Below, in pieces: positions 18,299 to 29,561 of a DNA stretch of 59,344 bases (positions are counted from its first letter, which is position 1; every line of letters begins with the position of its first letter). The DNA comes from an uncultured Clostridia bacterium (GTDB taxonomy: Bacteria > Bacillota > Clostridia > TANB77 > CAG-508): NCBI GenBank assembly GCA_944390405.1, contig CALXPS010000006.1, forward strand, positions 1 through 59,344, in the 5' to 3' direction. The position numbers were made by a program, and so were the translations under genes. The notes beneath the pieces were generated by a model that was not told the origin of the DNA, ran no database searches, and saw only the letters and a program-made list of their open reading frames with translations.

Positions 18299-19584
18299 TT
18301 TTTCCAATTAGTTCTAGACCTTGGCGTTCTAAGATTTGAACAGTTTCTATTGTATTTTCTAAGTTGTCTCCTCTAGCTTTAACTTTTATATAGTTTGTTG
18401 TATGACCTTCTATATAATTTCCCTGTGTTTTTGTTTCAAATAGTACATCTAACTCTTTTCCTACATATTTTTCTAAAAATTCTATTTCATTCTTATTTGA
18501 CAATTCTATTAGGATATTGCTTCTTTTTTCTTTCGTTTTTGCATCTATCTGCTCTTTCATTTTTGCTGCAACTGTTCCTTTTCTTGGCGAGTATTTGAAT
18601 ATATGCATTTTACTAAATTTTATTTTTTTAAGAAATTCATATGTTTTATTAAATTCTTCTTCCGTTTCTCCCGGAAAACCTACTATTATATCTGTTGTTA
18701 GTGCAACATTTGGAAATTTTTTTCTTAATAAATTTACACCTTTTTCAAATTCCTCTATTGTATATTTTCTATTCATTCTTTTTAAAGTATCATTGCATCC
18801 ACTTTGCAAAGATAAATGAAAATGATCACATATTTTATCTACATTTCCTAATCTTTTTACAAATTCTTCAGTTATAAGGTTTGGTTCCAATGAACCTAAT
18901 CTTATTCTTTTTAATCCTTCTACTTTATTTATTTGTTCTAATAGGTCTATTAATCTTGTTTCATCTGCAAAATCCTTACCATATGATGCAACATGTATTC
19001 CAGTTATTACAACTTCTTTTATTCCCTTTTTTACAATTTCTTGTATTTCTTTTATTACACTTTCTGGTTTTCTACTTCTTACTCTCCCTTTTGCATATGG
19101 GATTATACAGTATGAGCAAAAATTATTACAACCATCTTGAACTTTTATAACCGCTCTTGTTTTCTCTGTATATGTTATTGTTCCAAAATCTTGAAATTCT
19201 TTTTCTTCCTCAATTTTTCCTACTTTTTCCTGCTTTCCATTTGAGTAGTTTTCAACTATATGCACTATGTTGTTTTTTTCTGAATTACCTATTATTATGT
19301 CCAACTCTTCTATTTTTTCTAGCTCTTCTTTACTTATCTGTGCATAGCACCCTGTTGCAACTACTATTGATTCATTATTTTTCTGCTTTGCTTGTCTTAT
19401 AATTTGTCTTGATTTTTTATCTGCCATACTTGTAACAGTACAAGTATTTATTACATAGATATCAGCTTTTGAATCAAATTCTACTGTTTTGTAGCCTGCC
19501 TCTATAAATTTTTGTGCTATAGCATTTGTTTCATATTGATTTACTTTACATCCGTAATGTGTAAAATGCTACTTTTTTTTGCAT
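18294..19584 (-). CDS. mtaB: tRNA t6A methylthiotransferase MtaB (~429 aa) read across a +1 CGG-A frameshift at 19554
   Basis: RBS AAGGAG, MQKKVAFYTL-[C]-GCKVNQYET..INTCTVT, radical SAM CxxxCxxC and TRAM-like tail. Confidence 0.93.
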
Positions 19585-19604
19585 GTTTCATTCTCCTTTT
19601 AGTT

Positions 19605-21851
19605 TTATTCATTTTCCATTGGTATAGCTGATTGCGTTTCTTGTGTTGGTTTTGCCATTTTTAGTTCCTGCCATCTTTCTTCTGTTATTAGTGTTTTTCT
19701 AGGCTTGCTACCTTCATATCCAGATATTATACCTCTAGCTTCCATTTGGTCTATTATTCTTCCTGCCCTTGTATATCCTATTTTGAATCTTCTTTGTAAA
19801 CCAGATGCTGATATTTGTCCCATATTAACAGCCATATCTATCGCATCCATTAAGAATTCATCTGTATCATCTTCTTCATCTGCTTCTAGTTCTTGGTCTG
19901 TTGAATTTGCTTTTTCTATTTTCTCTATAATGTCATCGCTATATGATGGACCTCCATTATTCTTTAAGAAAGTTACTATTTTTTCAACTTCTCCATCTGA
20001 TATGAATGCACCTTGAACTCTTTGTGGTTTTATTGTGCCTGATGGATAAAATAGCATGTCTCCTTTTCCTAATAGTTTTTCAGCACCTATTGAGTCTATA
20101 ATTGTTCTTGAATCTACTCCTGATGTTACTGCAAATGCAATTCTACTTGCGATGTTTGCTTTTATAACACCTGTAATTACATCTACAGATGGTCTTTGAG
20201 TTGCTATTACTAAATGCATACCTGCTGCTCTTGCCATTTGTGCTAGTCTACATATTGCATCTTCTACATCTTTTGCAGCTACCATCATTAAATCGGCAAG
20301 CTCGTCTATTATTATAACTATTTGTGGTAGTTTTTCACCTATTCCTTCTTCTTCTAATGCCTCATTATATCCTGATATATCCCTCACATTTTTTTCTGCA
20401 AATAGGTGATATCTGTTTACCATTTCTTGTACTGCCCAAGCTAATGCTCCTGCTGCTTTTTTAGGGTCTGTAACTACTGGTATTAACAAATGTGGTATTC
20501 CATTATATACTGATAGTTCTACTACTTTAGGGTCTACCATCACTAGTTTTACTTCACTTGGTTTTGCCTTGTAAATAATACTTGTAATTAGTGTATTTAT
20601 ACATACACTCTTTCCTGAACCTGTACTTCCTGCTATTAAAACGTGTGGCATTTTTGCTATATCTGTTACAATTACATCTCCTGCTACATCTTTTCCTACT
20701 GCAAATGATAATTTTGATTTTGCATTTTGGAATTTTTCATCTGCTATTATGTCTCTTAGAACTACCATGTTTTTTTCTTTGTTTGGTATTTCTATTCCTA
20801 CAGCTTGTTTTCCTGGTATTGGAGCTTCAATTCTTATACTTTCTGCTGCTAAGTTTAATGCTATATCATCTGCCAAGTTTGCTATTTTGCTTACTCTTAC
20901 ACCTTCTGCTGGTTTTAATTCATAACGTGTAATTGTTGGACCTACTGATACATTTTCTACCTTTGCCGCTACGCCAAAACTATGTAAAGTTCTTTGTAAT
21001 TTGCTTGCAGTATCTGTTATTGCTTTTTTACTATTTTTTGCTGTAGATTTTCCTTCATTTAAAAATTCAATTGGAGGAAATTCATAATTTTGGTCTTCTA
21101 CAGTTAATGTATGTTCTAAAGTTAAAACTTCTTTTGATTTATCTTCTTTAACTTCTTCTTGCTTTTGGAATAATTCACCATTTGTATCGTTTTCCATTTG
21201 TATATTTAATTGATTGTCTAAAACTTCTGCTTCTTTTCTGGCTAATTCTTTTATTGCTTTTTTACTTTGTTCTTTTTCTTTGAATTTTATGATATTGCTT
21301 TTAATACCAGAAATTTTAGGTTCTATTTCTTCTTCCTCTTCATATTCTTTTCTATCTTTAGTTCTATGAACTTTTCGTTCTGAATTTCTTTCTTTTCTTT
21401 CTTCTACTATTTCTTTTACTTTTTCAGCTGGTTTAATTCCATACATGAAAACTGCAAGAATTATTATAATTCCTACTGAGACAATTACTGTAGCTGCTTT
21501 TCCTATTAGTCCTATAAAATAATCTGTAATTGTTCTTCCTACAATTCCTGTATTTCCATTAAATACAGTTATTATTGTTGCTATTGCAAAAACTAAAGCT
21601 AAATATTGTACTATTTTTACAAATATTCTTCTTTTGTCCTCCTCACATGCAACATTTACAGCAGCAGCAAATATAGCTATCGGTATTAAATATTCAATCC
21701 ACCCAATTGCGTATTCTAAATGAGGCATTATGTTTTGACCTATATAGCCTGGTTTTCCATATATTAATATTCCTAATACTATACTTACTACAAATAGTAA
21801 TACTACTTGAATATCTGCATTATTTTTTTGCTTTTTCTTTCTTCTTCCCAT
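19605..21851 (-). CDS. ftsK: DNA translocase FtsK/SpoIIIE
   Basis: N-terminal TMs, [18 protein letters not shown] and gamma domain. Confidence 0.97.
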   Translation of the reverse strand: MGRRKKKQKNNADIQVVLLFVVSIVLGILIYGKPGYIGQNIMPHLEYAIGWIEYLIPIAIFAAAVNVACEEDKRRIFVKIVQYLALVFAIATIITVFNGNTGIVGRTITDYFIGLIGKAATVIVSVGIIIILAVFMYGIKPAEKVKEIVEERKERNSERKVHRTKDRKEYEEEEEIEPKISGIKSNIIKFKEKEQSKKAIKELARKEAEVLDNQLNIQMENDTNGELFQKQEEVKEDKSKEVLTLEHTLTVEDQNYEFPPIEFLNEGKSTAKNSKKAITDTASKLQRTLHSFGVAAKVENVSVGPTITRYELKPAEGVRVSKIANLADDIALNLAAESIRIEAPIPGKQAVGIEIPNKEKNMVVLRDIIADEKFQNAKSKLSFAVGKDVAGDVIVTDIAKMPHVLIAGSTGSGKSVCINTLITSIIYKAKPSEVKLVMVDPKVVELSVYNGIPHLLIPVVTDPKKAAGALAWAVQEMVNRYHLFAEKNVRDISGYNEALEEEGIGEKLPQIVIIIDELADLMMVAAKDVEDAICRLAQMARAAGMHLVIATQRPSVDVITGVIKANIASRIAFAVTSGVDSRTIIDSIGAEKLLGKGDMLFYPSGTIKPQRVQGAFISDGEVEKIVTFLKNNGGPSYSDDIIEKIEKANSTDQELEADEEDDTDEFLMDAIDMAVNMGQISASGLQRRFKIGYTRAGRIIDQMEARGIISGYEGSKPRKTLITEERWQELKMAKPTQETQSAIPMENE

Positions 21852-21913
21852 ATTTACCCTTCCTATTTAATAAAAAGTCAGAACTTTTTTAATATTTCTG
21901 ACTTTCAGATATT

Positions 21914-22372
21914 TTATTTTAATTCATCTCTATTTTGCTTAATTGTTTTTAATGCTTCATTGATAGAAGAATTAATATTATGTATTGCATTCTCTAGATT
22001 TTCTAGTATTTCATCTGCATAGTCTTTTGTTCCTTTTGTAATTTCTCTAGACATTTCATTTGCAGTCTCTATTATCTCAGCTTTTTGCTCATATGCTTTT
22101 CTTGTAATTTCATGCTCATCTATCATTGATATAATTCTATTTTCAGCTTCTCTTACTATATCATCAGCCTCTTTTTGAGCTTCTTGTAATATACGTCCTC
22201 TTTCCTCTTTTATCCATTTAGCTTGTTTCAATTCATCTGGAAGTTTTAATCTTATATCTTTTATTATTTCTAGTACTTCCTCTTTATCTACTATTGCTTT
22301 TTCTGTAAACGGAACAGATTTACTTCTTTCTAATATATCTTCTAATGTTTCTAATAATGTAAAAATCTCCAT
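21914..22372 (-). CDS. Conserved coiled-coil protein usually found downstream of rsmD-coaD
   Basis: ATG 22372 with RBS AAAGGAG; LPDELKQAKWI motif. Confidence 0.75.
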   Translation of the reverse strand: MEIFTLLETLEDILERSKSVPFTEKAIVDKEEVLEIIKDIRLKLPDELKQAKWIKEERGRILQEAQKEADDIVREAENRIISMIDEHEITRKAYEQKAEIIETANEMSREITKGTKDYADEILENLENAIHNINSSINEALKTIKQNRDELK

Positions 22373-22376
22373 GTTT

Positions 22377-22931
22377 TTACTCCTTTCGAATAAATATGAG
22401 TATGACTCGCCCATATATCCTTTTATCAAAAATTTGAATGTCTTCTTTTTTTATTGTTTCTTCTTTATTTGCATCGTCTGTTTCTAATATTATTATTCCT
22501 TCTTTTGATAATAAGTTTAGCTCTATAATTTGTTCTATTGCCTTATTTGCGAAATCAGTTTTATATGGAGGGTCTAAAAATATTATATCGAATTTTTGAT
22601 TGTTTTTTGCTAAATATTTTAGTGCTAATAAATAGTCTTTTTTCAATACTATTGATTTATCTGTACATTTTGTGTTTTCTATATTTGTTTTTATTACTTG
22701 TATTGCATCAATTGAATTATCACAAAATGTAGCTGTTTCTGCTCCTCTACTTATTGCCTCTATTCCTAATGCCCCACTACCTGCAAATAAATCTAATACC
22801 CTTTTCCCCGGTATATCAAATTGTATTATATTAAATAGAGCTTCTTTTACTCTATCTAAAGTAGGTCTAGTATTCATTCCTTCTAGCGAAACTAATTTTT
22901 TGCCCCTAGCCTTTCCACTAATTACCCTCAT
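22377..22931 (-). CDS. rsmD: 16S rRNA m2G966 methyltransferase
   Basis: MRVISG...TRPTLDRVKEALFN, LDLFAGSG and FLDPPY motifs. Confidence 0.95.
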   Translation of the reverse strand: MRVISGKARGKKLVSLEGMNTRPTLDRVKEALFNIIQFDIPGKRVLDLFAGSGALGIEAISRGAETATFCDNSIDAIQVIKTNIENTKCTDKSIVLKKDYLLALKYLAKNNQKFDIIFLDPPYKTDFANKAIEQIIELNLLSKEGIIILETDDANKEETIKKEDIQIFDKRIYGRVILIFIRKE

Positions 22932-23106
22932 ATAATTCCTCGTTTTATTGTCTACATATATTTTATTCGTTTTTTTGGATATGTCAAGAACATTAACAAA
23001 AATGTAATATTAATTTAATATTCCTGTAATAAATCTGTTTTATTTCTGTTATATTATACCTTATTTTGTAATATTTATCAATAGGTAGGTTGAAAGTTTT
23101 TTAACT

Positions 23107-24687
23107 TTACCAATCACTTAACTTAACAACTACCGTACCATTAATTACTTTTATACCATCCTTTTCTGGATAATATTTCATAGTTTTAAATTCATCTGAC
23201 TCCAATATATCTCTAGATTCTGCTTCGCTTACTAAGTTAAGATTTGCACCAACATATTGATAGAATATTTTTCTCCAACTGTCTAAATTTCCCCACCAAA
23301 TTGTTGAATTTTTTGAAATAAATCCCCAACTTCTATCAAATATTTTTTTAGCTTCTATTGTTGTATTCTCTCTATTTAAATATGAATTGTTTTCTAATCC
23401 TCCTAAAAGTAATACTGGCATATCTGGAGTATATTCATCTATTTCTTCGATATGTGTTACCAATCTTGAAGCTGTATTTACTGCTTGGTTTTGCATAGTT
23501 TGTATTGCAATATATGAAGCATTGTCTTGCCATGTATAGTTCCAAGCAATTAGTAAACTGCAACCTACTACAATATATTTAGCACTTCTTGATATCTTAT
23601 CTTTAGGTAATAGCTCCAATATTTTGAAGAATATTGGAAAAATATATATCATTGAACACGCCATAAGTATATGTACGTCCACATCTGGTACTACAATTTC
23701 TACTATTCCAAAGCATATTGGTGCAATAGCAAGTAAAAGTACCAATAATACAATATTTACTGGGTTTTTATATACCTTATTTTTTATAATAATATATAGT
23801 AACACAACTAGTATGATTGCAAATATTATAATGTACAAAATATTTGTATTCCATATTGTGTTCGGTATCATATTATCATTAAAAAAATAATTGAAAAAGC
23901 TTTGATATGTTTCTGGCAATAGCTTAGGAATATTAAATAATATTGATCTACCGTTTATTGAATTTGCCCCACTATAACTACTCTCTGGTAAATTTGCAAT
24001 TAATAATATAGTATGTGAGATTACATAAAATAAAATAGCTCCTACAATTCCCATCAATATGTATTTAAATAATTTAATAAATATTTGCTTTGTTTCTTTC
24101 TTACTTAATATATCAATAATTAATGTAGCTACACACAATATCATTGTTACAGATAAATATGTTTGATACATTCCCATAGCAATAGCTACTAACAATCCAC
24201 TTAAGAAAATTGGCCATTTTTTATCTTCATATTTTGTAATTATATAAACTGCTAATGTAGCCAATAACATCCCTAAAATATACGCATCTGAACAATAAAA
24301 AAATGTCAAAGTTGCTGATATATTTGGTGCAACTACAAAGAGTATTACAATAATATATTTTAAATATCTGCTTTTTATTTTAAATATATCTATTACTAAA
24401 ATTACTGTTATTCCAAGGAAAGCACTGCTTAATAATGTTGCTAAAATTGGAGATACAATATTCCCCTTTATTGCTTGCATAAAATACAATCCAAACCTCA
24501 ATAGCATAGTTTCCCATATATCTGCTTGGTGATACATACTATTAATCAAAGTATCTGGACCAGTTATTATCAAAGAATATAGTTGAAAATGTATTATCAT
24601 AGAAGTAATAATTGTAACTAGAAAAATATTTCTTTTTTCCTTGTTATTTACTATTATTATGTCATTTAGTTTTAAAAGTTTTTTCAC
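23107..24687 (-). CDS. GtrII-like polytopic glycosyltransferase
   Basis: About 11 TM segments, GMYQTYL motif, C-terminal MKYYPEKDGIKVINGTVVVKL. Confidence 0.75.
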   Translation of the reverse strand: MKKLLKLNDIIIVNNKEKRNIFLVTIITSMIIHFQLYSLIITGPDTLINSMYHQADIWETMLLRFGLYFMQAIKGNIVSPILATLLSSAFLGITVILVIDIFKIKSRYLKYIIVILFVVAPNISATLTFFYCSDAYILGMLLATLAVYIITKYEDKKWPIFLSGLLVAIAMGMYQTYLSVTMILCVATLIIDILSKKETKQIFIKLFKYILMGIVGAILFYVISHTILLIANLPESSYSGANSINGRSILFNIPKLLPETYQSFFNYFFNDNMIPNTIWNTNILYIIIFAIILVVLLYIIIKNKVYKNPVNIVLLVLLLAIAPICFGIVEIVVPDVDVHILMACSMIYIFPIFFKILELLPKDKISRSAKYIVVGCSLLIAWNYTWQDNASYIAIQTMQNQAVNTASRLVTHIEEIDEYTPDMPVLLLGGLENNSYLNRENTTIEAKKIFDRSWGFISKNSTIWWGNLDSWRKIFYQYVGANLNLVSEAESRDILESDEFKTMKYYPEKDGIKVINGTVVVKLSDW

Positions 24688-24721
24688 TAAATCCCCCTCA
24701 TAATATTTTTTTTAATATATA

Positions 24722-25348
24722 CTATTTTGTTCCAAATATTCTATCTCCTGCATCTCCTAATCCTGGTAATATGTATGCTTTTTCATTTAGTTTGTTATCT
24801 ATTGATGTTGTATATATTTGTACATCTGGATGTTTATCTTCTACTGCTTTTATGCCTTCTGGTGAGGCTATTATGCATAGGAATTTTAATTTAGTTACTC
24901 CTTTTTCTTTTAAAAGTTCTATTGCGTCTAATGCTGATCCTCCTGTTGCAAGCATTGGGTCTAATATTAGTACTTCTCTTTTTTCTATGTCTTTTGGTAC
25001 TTTAAAGAAATATACATTTGGCTTAAATGTTTCTTCATCTCTATACATCCCTATATGCCCTATCTTTGCATTTGGAACTACATTTATTATTCCATCTAAC
25101 ATTCCGGTTCCTGCTCTTAAAATTGGTACAAATGCATAGTTGTCTTCATTAATTTTTCTAACTTTCATTTTTTCCATTGGTGTTTCAATTTCTACTTCAT
25201 ATGTTTTTGCATCTTTCATTGCTTCATAACAAAGTAGTTCTCCAAGTTCTGAAATTATCTCCCTAAACTCCTTTGTTCCAGTCTTCTTATCCCTTAATAT
25301 CGCCAATTTGTGATCAATTAAAGGATGTTTCAACTCAACAGCTCTCAT
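24722..25348 (-). CDS. upp: Uracil phosphoribosyltransferase
   Basis: VPILRAG, DPMLATGGS and PGLGDAGDR motifs. Confidence 0.98.
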   Translation of the reverse strand: MRAVELKHPLIDHKLAILRDKKTGTKEFREIISELGELLCYEAMKDAKTYEVEIETPMEKMKVRKINEDNYAFVPILRAGTGMLDGIINVVPNAKIGHIGMYRDEETFKPNVYFFKVPKDIEKREVLILDPMLATGGSALDAIELLKEKGVTKLKFLCIIASPEGIKAVEDKHPDVQIYTTSIDNKLNEKAYILPGLGDAGDRIFGTK

Positions 25349-25387
25349 AAAAATCCCCTCCTAATTTCCGATATCCGCCTTCTGATA

Positions 25388-27097
25388 TTACATCTTATTT
25401 GGCATTTCCATGCCCAACAATTCTACTCCTGATTTTAATACTATTCCTACACAGTATGTTAAGGCAAGTCTTATTTGTTGTATGCTTTCATCTTCTGCTA
25501 TTATTTTGTGTTCATTATAAAATGTGCTAAAACTTTGTGCTACATCTATTAAATATCTTGCAACTATAGATGGTTCGTTTTTTTGTGCAGCCATTTCTAC
25601 AAATTCATTAAATCTATACAATAGTTTTACTATTTCTACTGCTTCTCTTTCTTTTAAATTACTGAAGTTTAATTTTTCTAACTCTGGCGTATATGATGAT
25701 TTTTCTAGTAAGCTTCTTGTTCTTACATATATATATTGTATATATGGTCCGGTTTCTCCTTGGAAGTTTAATAGCATGTCCCAATCAAATATTTCATCTT
25801 TTATCCTACTGTTTGATAGATCATTAAATATGATTGCTCCTACTCCTACTTTTCTTGCTACATCTTGTTTATTTTCTAATTTTGGATTTTTTTCATCTAT
25901 AATTTTTTCTACTTTTTGTATTGCTTCTTTTAGTATGTCTTCTAGGAATATAGAGTTTCCTTTTCTTGAACCTATTTTTTCTCCGTCTTTGTCCACAACT
26001 AGTCCAAATGGTACATGTTCGCATCTACTTGCATATTCTGGATACCCCATTAGCTCTAAGACTTTAAAAACTTGTTTGAAATGTAATCTTTGTTCATTTC
26101 CTACTACATATATTGCTTTATCAAAATGATATTTGTTTATTCTATCTTTTAATGATGCTAAATCTCTTGTTGCATATATTGTTGTTCCTGCTGATGTTAT
26201 TATTATGCATGGTGGCATATCATATGCTTCTAGGTCTACTACTTGTGCTCCTTCTGATTCTTTTAGTAAATTCTTTTCTTTTAGTTCTTCTACTACTGCA
26301 TCCATTTTATCATTATAATATGCTTCTCCATTATATGAGTCAAATTTTGAATTTAATAGTTTATATGTTTTTTGATAGTTTTCTAAACTTATTTTTCTTA
26401 TCCATTCCCATGTTTCTACTTGTTTTTTGTTACCTTCTTCTAATTTTTTGAAGTATTCTCTTGCTTTTTCTGTTAATTCTGGTTTTTCTTTTTCTTCTTG
26501 GCAAAATCTTACATATATTTTTAATATGCTTTGGATTTCATTTTTAGTAAAGTCGTATTCATCTTTCCACATATCATATCCTGCCATTACTTTACCAAAC
26601 TGTAATCCCCAGTCTCCTAAATAATTTATGCCTACACTATTATATCCTAAAAAGTTATATATTTTATATAAAGCACCTCCTATTACAGTTGAACGCAAAT
26701 GTCCTATATGGAATGGTTTTGCTATATTAGGAGCTGAATAGTCTATTACTACATTCTTGCCTTGTCCAATATCACTTGAGCCATATTTTTCTTGCTTTTC
26801 TAAAACCTCTTTTATAACATTTTCAACTAATGTTTCTTTATTAATATGTATATTTAAGTATCCACCTACTATATCTATTTGTTGTATAATTTCTCCATCT
26901 ATTCCTATATTTTCTTTTATTTCTGCTGCAATTACAGGAGGTGCTTTTCTTAATGTTTTTGCTAGTTTGAAGCATGGAAAAGCATAATCTCCCAAATCAC
27001 TATTTGGTGGTATTTCTATATATGTTTCTAATTCTTTAACATCTATATCTGTAACTTTTGAGATTGCTTTTGCAATCTCGTTTTTAAAATTTATCAT
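25388..27097 (-). CDS. argS: Arginyl-tRNA synthetase
   Basis: PNIAKPFHIGHLRS and GETGPYIQY motifs; C-terminal MPNKM. Confidence 0.98.
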   Translation of the reverse strand: MINFKNEIAKAISKVTDIDVKELETYIEIPPNSDLGDYAFPCFKLAKTLRKAPPVIAAEIKENIGIDGEIIQQIDIVGGYLNIHINKETLVENVIKEVLEKQEKYGSSDIGQGKNVVIDYSAPNIAKPFHIGHLRSTVIGGALYKIYNFLGYNSVGINYLGDWGLQFGKVMAGYDMWKDEYDFTKNEIQSILKIYVRFCQEEKEKPELTEKAREYFKKLEEGNKKQVETWEWIRKISLENYQKTYKLLNSKFDSYNGEAYYNDKMDAVVEELKEKNLLKESEGAQVVDLEAYDMPPCIIITSAGTTIYATRDLASLKDRINKYHFDKAIYVVGNEQRLHFKQVFKVLELMGYPEYASRCEHVPFGLVVDKDGEKIGSRKGNSIFLEDILKEAIQKVEKIIDEKNPKLENKQDVARKVGVGAIIFNDLSNSRIKDEIFDWDMLLNFQGETGPYIQYIYVRTRSLLEKSSYTPELEKLNFSNLKEREAVEIVKLLYRFNEFVEMAAQKNEPSIVARYLIDVAQSFSTFYNEHKIIAEDESIQQIRLALTYCVGIVLKSGVELLGMEMPNKM

Positions 27098-27150
27098 ATC
27101 TGCTCCTTTTTGTATATAACATTTTCATTATTCATTCACGAAAATCACGC

Positions 27151-28287
27151 TTAATCTCCTAAGCAGATTCCTAGATTTCTTGCTACTTTTACAAGGTCAT
27201 CATCCATTTTTACTGTTTTTATATTTGTAGTTGCTGTTCCTCCTGAACGTGCCCCTATTTCTTTATTATTTCCTACTACATCTTCTAGTGGAACATATCC
27301 TAGTTTTCCATCTTTTAGAGTTACTAGAACATTAAATTTTCCTTCTAAAGCTAATTCCATAGCTTTATATCCATATTTTGTTGATAATACCCTATCAAAT
27401 GATGTTGGAGTACCTCCCCTTTGAACATAACCTAAAGTTGTATTTCTTGAAATCATCCCTGTTAAATTTTCTAAATCTTGTGCTACTTTTTCTCCTATTC
27501 CGCCTAATCTTACATTATCAAGTCCTTTTCCATCACTTAGAGTTTTCTTTACTACCATTTCTCCATCTTTTGGTTTTGCTCCTTCTGATACAACTACTAT
27601 ACTAAATTTTTTGCCTTGTTTTTTTCTTTCATTTATTTTCTCTACAACTTTATTTATATCATATGGTATTTCTGGAATTAATGCAATATCTGCTCCTCCT
27701 GCTATAGCAGATTCTAGTGCTATCCACCCTGCGTATCTACCCATTACTTCTAACACCATTATTCTATGATGTGATTCTGCTGTTGAGTGTAATCTATCTA
27801 ATGCTTCTGTTGCAACAGATACAGCTGTGTTGTACCCAAATGTAATTTCACAATGTGCCACATCATTATCTATTGTTTTTGGTACTCCTATTACGTTTAA
27901 TCCTTTTACTGAGAAATCTCTTGCTGATTTTTGTGTTCCATCTCCTCCTAATGTGAAAATACAATCAAAACCTGCTTTTCTTACATTTTCTATACATTGG
28001 TCTGAAACATCTTTATATACAGTTTTGCCATCTTCTTCTACTTTTAAATTAAATAGGTTTGTACTATTTGAAGAGCCAATTATTGTTCCTCCTCTGTGTA
28101 ATAATCCTGATGCGCTTCCATTTGATTCTAGTTTTATATAGTTGTTTTCATAAAGTCCTTTATATCCTTCTATATATCCATAGCACTCAACACCATTTGT
28201 TTCTGCTGTTTTTACTATTGCTCTTATAACAGCATTTAACCCTGGGCAATCTCCTCCATTTGTGATAATTGCAACTTTTTTAATCAT
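27151..28287 (-). CDS. pfkA: 6-phosphofructokinase (group III-like)
   Basis: GGDCPGLN, GGDG, PKTIDND and EVMGR motifs. Confidence 0.93.
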   Translation of the reverse strand: MIKKVAIITNGGDCPGLNAVIRAIVKTAETNGVECYGYIEGYKGLYENNYIKLESNGSASGLLHRGGTIIGSSNSTNLFNLKVEEDGKTVYKDVSDQCIENVRKAGFDCIFTLGGDGTQKSARDFSVKGLNVIGVPKTIDNDVAHCEITFGYNTAVSVATEALDRLHSTAESHHRIMVLEVMGRYAGWIALESAIAGGADIALIPEIPYDINKVVEKINERKKQGKKFSIVVVSEGAKPKDGEMVVKKTLSDGKGLDNVRLGGIGEKVAQDLENLTGMISRNTTLGYVQRGGTPTSFDRVLSTKYGYKAMELALEGKFNVLVTLKDGKLGYVPLEDVVGNNKEIGARSGGTATTNIKTVKMDDDLVKVARNLGICLGD

Positions 28288-28322
28288 ATTTATCTCTCCT
28301 TTATATATATTGTAACTTAATG

Positions 28323-29561
28323 TTATTTATTTTCTTTTGCCATCTTAATAGCATCCTTTAAACTTAATCTTGCTCCTGTGTTTAAAATTGTTGATGAATA
28401 AACTTTTATAGCTATAACTGCTAGTAGTATTGTTGTAACTATTAATACTATTAATGATGTAACAATTTCACTATTTGTAGCTGTTCCCATCATAATTCTA
28501 AGTGGCATACTAAAAGGTGATGATATTGGAACTATTCCAGATATTTGGTTCATATTGCTACTAGGGTTCATCATTGAAAAATATGCTAAATAAAATCCTA
28601 TAACTGCTATAAAATTGATTGGTCCATTTGCATATTGTACATCCTCTGGTTTACTTACTGTACTACCTGTTAGGGCAAATCCTAAAGAATATAATGCATA
28701 TCCAAAGCAGAAGTATACTAATGTTAAAATTACTAGTTTTGGTGTAATACTAGAAAGGTCAAATATTGAGTTTAATAATTCTGGATCCATACAAAACTTT
28801 GCTGATATACCTGCAACAACTATCATTAATATTATTTGTACTAGTCCTACAATTCCTATTCCTAATGTTTTCCCTAGCACTATTGTTTTGCTATCTGTTG
28901 ATGTTACTAGAGTTTCTATAATTTTTGATGTTTTTTCTGTTGTTATTGATACTGAAACTTGTTGTGCACAGAAGAATATTGCATAAAATAAAACTAATGA
29001 TATTATCATCATAATAGCTACATTACCTTTTGCTGCATTTTCATCTGTTTCTATAAGTTCAACATCAAATTGTGGTTCTATGGCTGCTATTTCTTCTGGT
29101 GTTATATTTAATTTTGATATTTGAACATTACTATATAAATTTGTAAAACTTGCTATTAATGTTTGTGGAACACTTCCAAAATTCATTGATGCACTTTCTA
29201 CTATGTATTCCATTTTTACAGTATTATCATTTTTTGTAAATTTAATGCATGCATCTATATCATTTTCTACTTTTTGCTTTATTTGTTCTTGGCTTAGGTT
29301 TTCTGTTGTTATTTCAAAAGTGTATCCTAATTCCATGTTGTTTAAATATTCTACTTGCCCATCAAATAAATTTTCAGGGTCTATTACTAATACTTTTTCG
29401 TCTAAACTGTCTGTACCAAACATGCTCATTATGTTTGGTATATTAAATGCTAATACTATAATAATTAATAAAACTAATGTTGAGAATATGAATGATTTTC
29501 TTCTAAGCATTTCTTTAATGGTAAATCCTGTAACTATTCCTAAATTTTTCATACTATGCAC
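28323..29561 (-). CDS. ABC-2 permease (YhaP/NatB-like)
   Basis: EKTSKIIETL and SPFSMPLR motifs; multiple TMs. Confidence 0.85.
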   Translation of the reverse strand: MHSMKNLGIVTGFTIKEMLRRKSFIFSTLVLLIIIVLAFNIPNIMSMFGTDSLDEKVLVIDPENLFDGQVEYLNNMELGYTFEITTENLSQEQIKQKVENDIDACIKFTKNDNTVKMEYIVESASMNFGSVPQTLIASFTNLYSNVQISKLNITPEEIAAIEPQFDVELIETDENAAKGNVAIMMIISLVLFYAIFFCAQQVSVSITTEKTSKIIETLVTSTDSKTIVLGKTLGIGIVGLVQIILMIVVAGISAKFCMDPELLNSIFDLSSITPKLVILTLVYFCFGYALYSLGFALTGSTVSKPEDVQYANGPINFIAVIGFYLAYFSMMNPSSNMNQISGIVPISSPFSMPLRIMMGTATNSEIVTSLIVLIVTTILLAVIAIKVYSSTILNTGARLSLKDAIKMAKENK

